DNA of 64,000 nucleotides, from positions 20,962 to 84,961 of the forward strand of contig JAZQNW010000006.1 of NCBI GenBank assembly GCA_045627525.1. Reading direction: 5' to 3'. Origin of the DNA: Bacilli bacterium (lineage in GTDB: Bacteria > Bacillota_I > Bacilli_A > RF39 > UBA660). Under the pieces are notes generated by a model that was not told the origin of the DNA, ran no database searches, and was given only the letters and a program-made list of their open reading frames with translations. The position numbers were made by a program, and so were the translations under genes. This document shows, piece after piece, positions 1 through 9,019 of this stretch; the stretch's first letter is position 1; every line of letters starts with the position of its first letter.

Positions 1-2274
1 AGCAATAAAATGAAAATTAGTATTGATAAAAAGTATCCAACAATAACTGTTAATGTTACTGATGGTAAAACATATGCTAAGAGTCATAAAGCTAATATAA
101 AAATTAATGATACTGGTGGAAGTTCATTAAAATCTGGTCCAATTAATTTATACTATGGTTTTGGAACAAGTGCACCGGCTTGTAGTAGTTTAACAAAATC
201 TGTTAATGTTAATATTCCTGCATCAGCAAATAGTGCTACTAGTCAAGATATAACTATTAATAGTGGTACAGGAGCTGGAAAATTATATGTATGTACTAAA
301 GATAATACGTTATCTGATGCCGCTGGTAATGCTATAGATGTATCAGAACTATTTGATAGTGATATGTATTTAGATAATACTGGTCCTGTTGTTTCTGCTA
401 GTGTTGGAACTACATGGACTGATAATAAAGTAGTTATAACAGCAAATGCAACTGATAGTAATGTTGGAACAATAGGTGGATATTATATAAGTACATCTAC
501 AACTGCACCATCTGCTAGTGCAACAGGATGGCAAACTGGGAAGACGTTCTCAAAAGGAACAGGTACTTATTATATATGGGCAAAAGATAGTTTAGGAAAT
601 GTTTCAAGTAGTTATGCAACTGCTGTAGTTCCTGCTCAATGTGTTCTTGCAGCAAATACACTTTCAAAAGCATCAGTAACAGTAAATGAAAAATCAACAT
701 CAACTGTAACAATAACTGATGGTACTGTAAATAGTGCTACATCAAGTGATACATCAATTGCGACAGTTAGTGCAAGTGGTAGTAAAATAACAATAACAGG
801 AGCATCTTACGGCTCAGCAACAATAACAGTTGTTATGCCAAAAGGATCTAATTGTTCTGGTACTGTTACAAAGACTATTTCAGTTACTGTAACGCCTGTT
901 TATTACTATAGTGGTAATAATTATTATACAAATTTAAGTACTGCAGTTTCATCAGTAAGTGCAGGATCAACCATTAATGTTTATAGAAATGTTAGTGAAT
1001 CAACTACACCAACATTAAATAAGAATGTAACTCTTAATTTAAATGGTAAAACTATTACATATAGTGGTAGCACTCTTAATGTAGAGGCTGGTACATTTAC
1101 AATAACTGGTAGTGGTACATTAAAAACAACAACAAGTTATTCTAGCAGTTTATTGCAAGCATCAGGTGGAACTCTTAATATAGGTACTACTTCTACAAAA
1201 GGTGAAAGTACACCAAATATTACTGCTTCTGGAACTAGTTCGGCTATTTTAGATTCTAGTGGAACAGTCAATGTCTATAGTGGAACTTTAACATCAAAAA
1301 ATGATGGTATTATTGTTAAGGAAGGAACATTAAATTTTGGTAAAGACGGTACTAGTAGTTCTTATCCAAAGATTGCTGCTACAAGCAATGTAGCAAATAA
1401 AAATAATGTTTATGCCGGTATTTATATAAATGGTGATAAAAATACTGTTAATATTAAGAGTGGATATATTACTGCTATTAGTTATTCATCTGTTTATTTA
1501 GTTAATGGAACTTTAAATGTAGGTACTTCTGCTACCACTTCAAGCAAAGAGTATCCACGATTATCATCAACTGATTCGTCTTTGTATGCGGCCTTATATG
1601 TAAATAAGGGTACATTTAATATGTATGGCGGTCTTGTTGAAAATTTAGGAGAAAAAGATTCTACTTATAATGGTGCGACTGGTTCAGTTGGTTTATACGT
1701 TGGATCTAATTATGCTAGTGATGTAATATTACATGGTGGTTTAATATATTCAAAAAATGCTTGTGCAATTTTTAATGAATTAGTAAATCATTCTTTTAAA
1801 ATAAATGGTGATACGCATGTTGTTACAGCATCAAGTGCTAATTCAGCTATTCATGCTCAAAGAGACTCTAAAGTTTATGTTGGATCAGATTTACCGGCTA
1901 ATGGTGAAACTATTAGAGAACTCGAAAAAGGCGCAATAATGGTTGCACATAGTGGTTATTTAATATGGATTAGCGGAACAGCTAGTACTAGTAATGCTCA
2001 AATAGGTTCGTCAAAGGCATCTAAACCATATAGTGATTATGCACCAAACCTTTATACTGGAATTACAAATGATGCAGCAGCTGTAAGTTTAGGCGGTGGA
2101 AGCTTATATTTCTATAGTGGTGAGGTTCACTGCAATTCATCTACTACTGATACTTTTGCAAATTTAGGTAATAGTGGAAGAACAGTACATAAAGAAAAAG
2201 TAAAAACAACTGGTAAAAGGTCTTATGGTAATTTAACATCAGCAAGTTATAATTATTTATGGTATGTTTCATAA
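1..2274 (+). CDS. Giant modular surface protein, paralogue of 2907..6584; C-terminal 755 aa only, with the 5' end outside the window
   Basis: The reading frame is open from position 1 (S-N-K-M...). It aligns to residues ~400-1237 of the downstream paralogue, with two Ig-like modules, one Big_2-like domain and a G/T/S/N-rich repeat region resembling a parallel beta-helix. The N-terminus is not visible. Confidence 0.6.
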   Translation, partial: SNKMKISIDKKYPTITVNVTDGKTYAKSHKANIKINDTGGSSLKSGPINLYYGFGTSAPACSSLTKSVNVNIPASANSATSQDITINSGTGAGKLYVCTKDNTLSDAAGNAIDVSELFDSDMYLDNTGPVVSASVGTTWTDNKVVITANATDSNVGTIGGYYISTSTTAPSASATGWQTGKTFSKGTGTYYIWAKDSLGNVSSSYATAVVPAQCVLAANTLSKASVTVNEKSTSTVTITDGTVNSATSSDTSIATVSASGSKITITGASYGSATITVVMPKGSNCSGTVTKTISVTVTPVYYYSGNNYYTNLSTAVSSVSAGSTINVYRNVSESTTPTLNKNVTLNLNGKTITYSGSTLNVEAGTFTITGSGTLKTTTSYSSSLLQASGGTLNIGTTSTKGESTPNITASGTSSAILDSSGTVNVYSGTLTSKNDGIIVKEGTLNFGKDGTSSSYPKIAATSNVANKNNVYAGIYINGDKNTVNIKSGYITAISYSSVYLVNGTLNVGTSATTSSKEYPRLSSTDSSLYAALYVNKGTFNMYGGLVENLGEKDSTYNGATGSVGLYVGSNYASDVILHGGLIYSKNACAIFNELVNHSFKINGDTHVVTASSANSAIHAQRDSKVYVGSDLPANGETIRELEKGAIMVAHSGYLIWISGTASTSNAQIGSSKASKPYSDYAPNLYTGITNDAAAVSLGGGSLYFYSGEVHCNSSTTDTFANLGNSGRTVHKEKVKTTGKRSYGNLTSASYNYLWYVS
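7..1135. repeat. Long dispersed DNA repeat, copy 1: 7-640 matches 4062-4695 and 649-1135 matches 4968-5455 at ~95% identity
   Basis: Aligned by eye; tens of nt are identical between mismatches. Similarity decays steadily after ~1135 through 2274 (counterpart 6584). Confidence 0.8.
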
Positions 2275-2296
2275 TATTAAATTTATAGGAGGACAT

Positions 2297-2803
2297 ATGA
2301 AAAAGGATAATAAAAAATTAATATATATTTTACTTTCTATTGTTTTATTTATTGTTATTATATTTAGTGTTTTCTATCTTATATTAAAAAATGATATTTT
2401 CATTAATAATAAATCAAATATAACTGATGAAATACAAAAGAATCCAATAATAAATATTAAAGATACTACAAATGTTAAAGTAAGAGAAGGTAAAAAAATA
2501 AATACATCTAAATTGTTAAATGAAAAGCATGAGTTTAAATTTAATGATTGCAAATTAGTATTTAATAAAATAGATTTAGTTGCTGATTCTAATGAAGGTA
2601 TTACTACTTTTACAGCTGATTTTTCTAGTACTAAAGAAATTATATCTACTGCATTGAATATTGTTTTTCTAGATAAAAAAGGTAATGTTATTCATGGTTA
2701 TGAAATTAATATGGAAAATATTAATGCTAATGAAATAAAACAAGTAGTATGGAAATTTCCTGATGATGTTAGTAATGCATATGATTTTAAAATTGAAAAA
2801 TAG
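2297..2803 (+). CDS. Small single-pass membrane protein, partner of the upstream giant protein; function unknown
   Basis: ATG at 2297 follows a TAGGAGG RBS; the ORF-track start is 2264. Basic N-terminus (MKKDNKK), one TM helix (LIYILLSIVLFIVIIFSVFYLIL), then a ~120-aa extracytoplasmic domain ending ...SNAYDFKIEK. It is paralogous to 6586..7125. Confidence 0.55.
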   Translation: MKKDNKKLIYILLSIVLFIVIIFSVFYLILKNDIFINNKSNITDEIQKNPIINIKDTTNVKVREGKKINTSKLLNEKHEFKFNDCKLVFNKIDLVADSNEGITTFTADFSSTKEIISTALNIVFLDKKGNVIHGYEINMENINANEIKQVVWKFPDDVSNAYDFKIEK

Positions 2804-2809
2804 AATTAA

Positions 2810-2834
2810 GAAATGGTTAGGCCATTTCTTTTTT
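2810..2834 (+). terminator. Rho-independent terminator
   Basis: GAAATGG-ttagg-CCATTTC hairpin followed by a T6 run, directly after the 2803 stop. Confidence 0.7.
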
Positions 2835-2906
2835 ATATATTTTTTAATTTAACTTTTAATTTTTTTTATTATGATGTATAATTTTATTAGAATAGGTGTG
2901 GTGGAT

Positions 2907-5900
2907 ATGAGTAAGAAGAAAAATAATAAAGGTTTTACTTTAGTAGAATTATTAGTTGCAATAACTATTATGGGCATTATTACAGCTTTAGCTTTACCTG
3001 AAGTAAGACGAATTCAAGCAAATAATAAAAATAAAAAATATGAAACATATTCTAAATCTTTAGAAAGTGCAGCTAAGTTGTATGTTGATTCACATAGTAC
3101 TGATTTGTTTGGTGTTTCAGCAAATGCTTGTGATAAGGTATCTTTAAGTTTAGATTTAAAAGGTTCATCTTTAGTAAAAGATTATGGAGTAAATAATATT
3201 TCATGTTCGGGGGAAGAAACTCCAACTGATGCAAGTGACGATTCATATGTTATTATTAATAAAACTGGTGACAAGTATGATTATAAAGTGTATTTGGTTT
3301 GCAAAGATGAAAATCATAATATAGTATATAAATCAAGCGAAGCACCAGTTTGTGGAGTTGTTGATGAATATGGCTTTGAAAAGGCATTATCAACTAACGG
3401 TACTGGTGGTAAATGGATAAGCTTTAATGAGAATAATTCTCAAGCTACTATTAACAAAGCTACTTATGGTAATATTGAATTTACTATAAAAAATAAAACG
3501 GCATTCGAGTCAATAAATCCTAAAATTAATTATTGGTGGAGTGAATGCGATATCAATGGAGAAAATTGTCAACAAAAAGCAATTAAAACTAGAAATTTAA
3601 GCTCATCTAAAGATGGTAATGATAATGTATTATCAGCTAAAATAAATGGTATACCACAAAATGGGGTATATAAATTAGTAATACAACCTGTAAATGTTAT
3701 TACTACAAATGGTAAACAATTACTTGAAAATTTTGAGTCCGGTATTTTTAAGATGGATAGTATTCAGCCAGATAAACCTATTTTTGATCCAGCTACAAGT
3801 TATGGTTGGAAGGGTAAAACATTCACTTCAGCTAAGAATTATGTGTTTAATGCATCAACAAATGAAAGTGAAAAAGGTTCATCTCTTACTTGGTCATATA
3901 AATTTCCATCTAGTGAGTCATCATTCACAAAGTATGCTAGTTCAAATTGTGTATCAGGAACTGATTGCTATAAAATAAAAACACAAGTATTTACTAGTGA
4001 GGTTAATGATAATCTTCAAGTAAAAGTATGTGATCAGGCAAACAATTGTAGTACTAGTGATAAAATGAAAATTAGCATTGATAATACTTTGCCAACAATG
4101 ACTGTTAATGTTACTGATGGTAAAACATATGCTAAGAGTCATAAAGCTAATATAAAAATTAATGATACAGGTGGAAGTTCATTAAAATCTGGTCCAATTA
4201 ATTTATACTATGGTTGGGGAACGAGTGCACCAGCTTGCAGTAGTTTAACAAATTATGTTAATATTAATATTCCATCTTCAGCAAATAGTGCTACTAGTCA
4301 AGATATAACTATAAATAGTGGTACAGGTGCTGGAAAATTATATGTATGTACTAAAGATAATACGTTATCTGATGCCGCAGGTAATGCTATAGATGTATCG
4401 CAATTATTTAATAGTGATATGTATTTAGATAATACTGGTCCTAAAGTTTCAGCTAGTGTTGGAACTACATGGACTGATAATAAAGTAGTTATAACGGCAA
4501 GTGCAACTGATAGTAATGTTGGAACAATAGGTGGATATTATATAAGTACATCTACAACTGCACCATCTGCTAGTGCAACAGGATGGCAAACTGGGAAGAC
4601 ATTCTCAAAAGGAACAGGTACTTATTATATTTGGGCAAAAGATAGTTTAGGTAATGTTTCAAGTAGTTATGCAACTGCTGTAGTTCCTCTACAATGTATT
4701 ACAGCAGATAATAAACTTTCAAAAACATCAGTAACGATAATAGAAAAGGAAAAGGCAACAGTAACAATAACTGATGGTACAGTAAGTAGTGTTACCTCAA
4801 GTAATACTTCTGTTGCAACTGTTAGTGGAAGTGGTAGTACAATAACAATAACTGGTGTATCAGTTGGTACTGCGAATATAACTGTTGAAATGCCAAAAGG
4901 AACAAATTGTAGTGGTACTGTTAAAAAGACTATTTCAGTAACAGTAAATCCAATTCCATGTGTTCCTGCAGCAAATACACTTTCTAGTACATCAGTAACA
5001 ATAAATGAAAAATCAACATCAACTGTAACAATAACTGATGGTACAGTAAATAGTGCTACATCAAGTGATACATCAATTGCGACAGTTAGTGCAAGTGGTA
5101 GTAAAATAACAATAACAGGAGCATCTTACGGCTCAGCAACAATAACAGTTGTTATGCCAAAAGGATCTAATTGTGATGGTACTGTTACAAAGACTATTTC
5201 AGTAACAGTTAAGCCAATGTATTATTATTCTGGTAGTACATATTATGCTAATTTAAAAACTGCAGTTTCATCAGTAAGTGCAGGATCAACCATTAATGTT
5301 TATAGAAATGTTAGTGAATCAACTACACCAACATTAAATAAGAATGTAACTCTTAATTTAAATGGTAAAACTATTACATATAGTGGTAGCACACTTAATG
5401 TAACTGCTGGTACATTTACAATAACTGGTAGTGGTACTTTAAAGACAAATACAAGTTATTCTGGTAGATTATTACAAACAGCAGGTGGAACTCTTAATAT
5501 AGGTACTACTTCGACTGTTGGTCAAAGTTATCCTACTATAACTCAGCAAGGATCAAATAGTACTTTACTTGGAGTTAATTCAGGAACAGTAAATGTATAT
5601 AGTGGTAAATTATCTTCTAATTTTGATGGTATTAATGTAGGTTCTAGTGGTACACTAAATTTTGGTAAAGGTGGAACTAGTTACAACTATCCATTTGTTG
5701 AGGGTGCAAAAGGGGCATCAGGAAGTAGTTCTAACTTTATGGCAATATATACTACGGGTACTACAAATATTATTAGTGGTAAAGTAAGCGCATCTCAATA
5801 TAGTACTGTTTATTTAAGTTCAGGTACTTTAACTATAGGAACACAAACTAATAGTAACCAAATAAATAGAACATGGCCTTTAATAACTGGTACAGCTGGT

Positions 5901-6584
5901 GCTGGAACTTTAAGATTACATGGTGGAACTCTTAAAATGTATAGTGGTCGTGTTGATAATGTAGGAAGTGCAACATCGGTTTATAATGGTACATCAGGAA
6001 GTGTAGCATTAGATATTGAATCTAATTATACTAATGATTTAATAATATATGGTGGTTTATTCTATTCTAAAAATGCATGTTCTATTTATACAGATTCTGC
6101 TAAAGTATTAAAAGTAAATGGTAATACACATGTTGTTACATCATCAAGTGCTAATTCGACAATTCATGCTCAAGGTAATGCTTCTGTTTATGTGGGTTCT
6201 GAACTTAATAGTGGAACATATGATATGGTTCGAACAGGTGGCAATGGTGTATATCTAGCAGCTAAAAATGGTTATGCAATTTGGACGAGTGGTACTGGTA
6301 ATGCTCAGATAGGTTCTTCCAAAGTTACAAGCAGTTGGGCTGATTATTCTCCTACTATATATTCAGGATACACCACTGCAACTTCTGTTAAGTCAGGTTA
6401 TAAAATTTGGATGTATAGTGGTAGAGTATTTTGTAATGGTCAGGAATTTGTATATGGAACATTTGCTAATTCAGCTAAAGCTACAAGAACTAGTTCAAGT
6501 GGAACTTATAGTTATAATGATGCTTATGGCAGTGTTTTAGTACAAGTTCCATATAAGTATCTATGGAAAAGGACGGTAAGTTAA
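2907..6584 (+). CDS. Giant modular type IV pilin-like protein with a prepilin (class III) signal; ~1225 aa
   Basis: N-terminus MSKKKNNKG|FTLVELLVAITIMGIITALALPE has the classic G-F-T-L-x-E prepilin cleavage/methylation motif and a hydrophobic alpha1 helix. A pilin-like head with Cys pairs is followed by Ig-like modules, two tandem Big_2-like domains and a G/T/S/N-rich beta-helix-like C-terminus. The ORF begins at 2871, but ATG 2907 after a GGTGTGGTGG RBS fits better. Confidence 0.7.
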   Translation: MSKKKNNKGFTLVELLVAITIMGIITALALPEVRRIQANNKNKKYETYSKSLESAAKLYVDSHSTDLFGVSANACDKVSLSLDLKGSSLVKDYGVNNISCSGEETPTDASDDSYVIINKTGDKYDYKVYLVCKDENHNIVYKSSEAPVCGVVDEYGFEKALSTNGTGGKWISFNENNSQATINKATYGNIEFTIKNKTAFESINPKINYWWSECDINGENCQQKAIKTRNLSSSKDGNDNVLSAKINGIPQNGVYKLVIQPVNVITTNGKQLLENFESGIFKMDSIQPDKPIFDPATSYGWKGKTFTSAKNYVFNASTNESEKGSSLTWSYKFPSSESSFTKYASSNCVSGTDCYKIKTQVFTSEVNDNLQVKVCDQANNCSTSDKMKISIDNTLPTMTVNVTDGKTYAKSHKANIKINDTGGSSLKSGPINLYYGWGTSAPACSSLTNYVNINIPSSANSATSQDITINSGTGAGKLYVCTKDNTLSDAAGNAIDVSQLFNSDMYLDNTGPKVSASVGTTWTDNKVVITASATDSNVGTIGGYYISTSTTAPSASATGWQTGKTFSKGTGTYYIWAKDSLGNVSSSYATAVVPLQCITADNKLSKTSVTIIEKEKATVTITDGTVSSVTSSNTSVATVSGSGSTITITGVSVGTANITVEMPKGTNCSGTVKKTISVTVNPIPCVPAANTLSSTSVTINEKSTSTVTITDGTVNSATSSDTSIATVSASGSKITITGASYGSATITVVMPKGSNCDGTVTKTISVTVKPMYYYSGSTYYANLKTAVSSVSAGSTINVYRNVSESTTPTLNKNVTLNLNGKTITYSGSTLNVTAGTFTITGSGTLKTNTSYSGRLLQTAGGTLNIGTTSTVGQSYPTITQQGSNSTLLGVNSGTVNVYSGKLSSNFDGINVGSSGTLNFGKGGTSYNYPFVEGAKGASGSSSNFMAIYTTGTTNIISGKVSASQYSTVYLSSGTLTIGTQTNSNQINRTWPLITGTAGAGTLRLHGGTLKMYSGRVDNVGSATSVYNGTSGSVALDIESNYTNDLIIYGGLFYSKNACSIYTDSAKVLKVNGNTHVVTSSSANSTIHAQGNASVYVGSELNSGTYDMVRTGGNGVYLAAKNGYAIWTSGTGNAQIGSSKVTSSWADYSPTIYSGYTTATSVKSGYKIWMYSGRVFCNGQEFVYGTFANSAKATRTSSSGTYSYNDAYGSVLVQVPYKYLWKRTVS
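4062..5455. repeat. Long dispersed DNA repeat, copy 2; carries an extra ~260-nt domain-encoding insert at 4690-4950 relative to copy 1
   Basis: See copy 1. Confidence 0.8.
4690..5215 (+). repeat. In-gene tandem duplication encoding two Big_2-like Ig domains (2 x ~87 aa)
   Basis: Protein repeats LSKTSVTIIEKEKATVTITDGTVSSVTSSNTSVATVSGSGSTITITGVSVGTANITVEMPKGTNCSGTVKKTISVTV and LSSTSVTINEKSTSTVTITDGTVNSATSSDTSIATVSASGSKITITGASYGSATITVVMPKGSNCDGTVTKTISVTV. Paralogue A has one copy. Confidence 0.75.
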
Positions 6585-6585
6585 T

Positions 6586-7125
6586 ATGAATAGTGAAAAT
6601 GAAAAAGCACAAGGTAATATTGAAAATAAAAAAAGTAATAAAACTTTACTTATTATTGTAATTCTTTTGTTAGCTATAGCATGTGTTATTGCGGGATTAA
6701 TCTTTTTAAATAATGATACTAAAAAGAATGAAATTGTTCCAACACCAGATGAGGAACTTCGTCCAGCAGTAGATATAGATAATAAGCAAAATGTAAAAAT
6801 AGAGAATAATGTTAAAACTAATGTTTCTAAAAAATTAAATGAAAAACATACTTTTGATTTTATTGATAATAATAAAATTACAATTGATAATATTAGTTTA
6901 AAGGCTGACGCTAATACTGGAGATACTACTTTTAAATTTAGTTTAACTAGTAGTGTTAATATAGAAGCAAAAGCAGTTGGATTATCATTTGTTGATAAAG
7001 ATGGTAATAGTATAAATGGTTATGAAATAACTATTGAAAATATTGCTGCTAATGATGCAAAAGAAATTACTTTAACTTTTAGAGATGATTTTTCAAATGC
7101 ATATGACTTTATTATGGAAGTATAA
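6586..7125 (+). CDS. Small single-pass membrane protein, partner of the upstream giant protein; function unknown
   Basis: Its ATG lies 1 nt after the 6584 stop, so it is probably translationally coupled. One TM helix (LLIIVILLLAIACVIAGLIFL). The C-terminal domain aligns with 2297..2803 (...NEKH.F.F.D...GYEI..ENI.AN...SNAYDF). Confidence 0.55.
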   Translation: MNSENEKAQGNIENKKSNKTLLIIVILLLAIACVIAGLIFLNNDTKKNEIVPTPDEELRPAVDIDNKQNVKIENNVKTNVSKKLNEKHTFDFIDNNKITIDNISLKADANTGDTTFKFSLTSSVNIEAKAVGLSFVDKDGNSINGYEITIENIAANDAKEITLTFRDDFSNAYDFIMEV

Positions 7126-7132
7126 TATTTAA

Positions 7133-7157
7133 GAAATGGGTAACCATTTCTTTTTTT
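7133..7157 (+). terminator. Rho-independent terminator
   Basis: GAAATGG-gtaa-CCATTTC hairpin followed by a T7 run, almost identical to the 2810..2834 terminator. Confidence 0.7.
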
Positions 7158-7185
7158 ATGTTATAATTAATTTGTTGGTGGTTTT

Positions 7186-8949
7186 ATGAAAAATTTTAAA
7201 GAAAAATTAGCTTTAGTTCCTACTAAACCTGGTAGTTATCAAATGAAAAATAAAGATGGAGTAATTATATATGTTGGAAAAGCTAAAAATTTAAAAAAAA
7301 GATTGCGTAGTTATTTTACTGGTAATGTTACTGGCAAGACTAAAATGCTAGTTGAAGATATTGATGACTTTGAATATATAGTTACATCTTCAGAATTAGA
7401 ATCATTAATACTAGAAATTACTTTAATTAAGAAATATGATCCTAAGTATAATATTATGCTTACAGATGATAAAACTTATCCTTATATTGAATTAACTAAG
7501 GAAAAATATCCAAGATTAAGAGTAGTTAGAAATGTTAAAAAGAAGAAAAATTTAAACTACTTATATGGTCCATATCCTAATGTTACAGCGGCAAGAAAGA
7601 CAGTAAATATGTTAAATAGACTTTATCCTTTGAGGAAATGTGAACATTTAAATAAAGAAGGATGTTTGTATTATCATATAAATGAGTGTTTAGGTTACTG
7701 TATGAAGGATATTAATAAAGAAACAATTAATGTTATGAAAAAGGAAATAATTTCGTTTTTAAAAGGTGATGCTACATTAATTAAAGATAAAATTAATAGT
7801 GAGATGTTAAGATCAAGTGAGGCTATGAATTATGAAAGAGCCTTGGAATTAAAAAATACTTTGGAAGATATAGATATTACATTAAGAAAGCAAAAAATTG
7901 ATTTAAATGATAATTATAATTTTGATTTAATAAATTATTATGTTGATAAGAATTATTTATCTATACAAATATTTTTTGTACGAGATGGTTTATTAGTAGG
8001 AAGAGACAAATCAATACTAAGCTGTGATATTGATGTAGTAGAGCAAGTTATTGAATACATTTTAAAATTTTATGATAAAACAGCAATTTTACCTAAAGAA
8101 TTATTGGCTCCAGATGGTATAGACTGTGATTTACTTAGTGAATATTTAAAAATTAAAGTTAATAATCCTAAGAAAGGTAAACTTAAGAATTTGTTAGATT
8201 TAGCTAAAGAAAATGCTAAAGAAGTATTAGAAGAGGAAGAGGAAACTTTAAAGAAAAATGATGATTTGAGAATTAAGGCAATTAATGAATTAAAGATAAT
8301 ACTTAATCAAGAGAATGTTTCTAGAATGGAAGCATTTGATAATAGTCATTTATTTGGAACTTTTTATGTAGGTGGAATGGTTGTTTATGATGACTTTTTA
8401 CCTTTAAAAGATGAATATCGTAAATTTAAGATAAGCGTTGATGTAAAAGATGATATATCAGCAATGAAAGAAGTATTATATAGAAGATATTATCGTGTTT
8501 TGATGGAAAATTTAACAAAACCTGATGTTATTGTAATGGACGGCGGAATTGCTCAAGTTAGGGTTGCTAAAGAGATTATTGATTCGCTTGGATTAAATAT
8601 AAGAGTAATAGGACTAGTAAAAAATAATAAACATAAAACTAGTAATATTATTGATGAAAATGGAAATGTTTTAAATGTTAGTTCAGATAGTAATTTATTT
8701 TTATTTTTTAGTAGAATTCAGGAAGAAGTTCATAGGTATGCTATTAGTTATCATAGAAGTATTAAGTCTAAGGGTGCTTTAGCATCTGTACTAGATGTTG
8801 TTCCTGGTATAGGTGAAGTAAGAAGAAAAGAATTATTGAAGAAATTTGGTTCTTTAAAGAGAATTAAAGAGGCTTCTTTAGATGAGCTTAGTGAAGTTGT
8901 TTCATTAGAAGTAGCTAAAAATTTACTTACTTATTTAAAAGATGTATAG
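7186..8949 (+). CDS. uvrC: Excinuclease ABC subunit C
   Basis: N-terminal GIY-YIG motif (GSYQM...IIYVGKAKNLKKRLRSYF); length 587 aa; C-terminal HhH region. Confidence 0.92.
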   Translation: MKNFKEKLALVPTKPGSYQMKNKDGVIIYVGKAKNLKKRLRSYFTGNVTGKTKMLVEDIDDFEYIVTSSELESLILEITLIKKYDPKYNIMLTDDKTYPYIELTKEKYPRLRVVRNVKKKKNLNYLYGPYPNVTAARKTVNMLNRLYPLRKCEHLNKEGCLYYHINECLGYCMKDINKETINVMKKEIISFLKGDATLIKDKINSEMLRSSEAMNYERALELKNTLEDIDITLRKQKIDLNDNYNFDLINYYVDKNYLSIQIFFVRDGLLVGRDKSILSCDIDVVEQVIEYILKFYDKTAILPKELLAPDGIDCDLLSEYLKIKVNNPKKGKLKNLLDLAKENAKEVLEEEEETLKKNDDLRIKAINELKIILNQENVSRMEAFDNSHLFGTFYVGGMVVYDDFLPLKDEYRKFKISVDVKDDISAMKEVLYRRYYRVLMENLTKPDVIVMDGGIAQVRVAKEIIDSLGLNIRVIGLVKNNKHKTSNIIDENGNVLNVSSDSNLFLFFSRIQEEVHRYAISYHRSIKSKGALASVLDVVPGIGEVRRKELLKKFGSLKRIKEASLDELSEVVSLEVAKNLLTYLKDV

Positions 8950-8964
8950 TAAATAAAAAAAATG

Positions 8965-8992
8965 CAAATAGTATTAACTATTTGTTTTTTTT
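8965..8992 (+). terminator. Rho-independent terminator
   Basis: CAAATAGT-atta-ACTATTTG perfect hairpin followed by a T8 run. Confidence 0.7.
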
Positions 8993-9019
8993 ATAGTATA
9001 ATTATACATAGAATAGGGA

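Noticed and set aside
515-712. Short antisense or overlapping ORFs from the six-frame track: 515-712(-), 3694-3978, 3954-4142(-), 9563-9760(-), 13496-13681, 16670-16870, 20484-20717(-), 26172-26405(-), 31534-31749(-), 43815-44102, 44410-44625, 45990-46199(-), 47309-47500(-), 52200-52406, 58821-59009, 61614-61841(-)
   Set aside because: Each lies entirely inside a well-supported longer gene on the other strand or frame, has low-complexity AT-driven composition (L/I/F/K/N-rich), and lacks a convincing RBS. They are the expected spurious ORFs in a ~27% GC genome.
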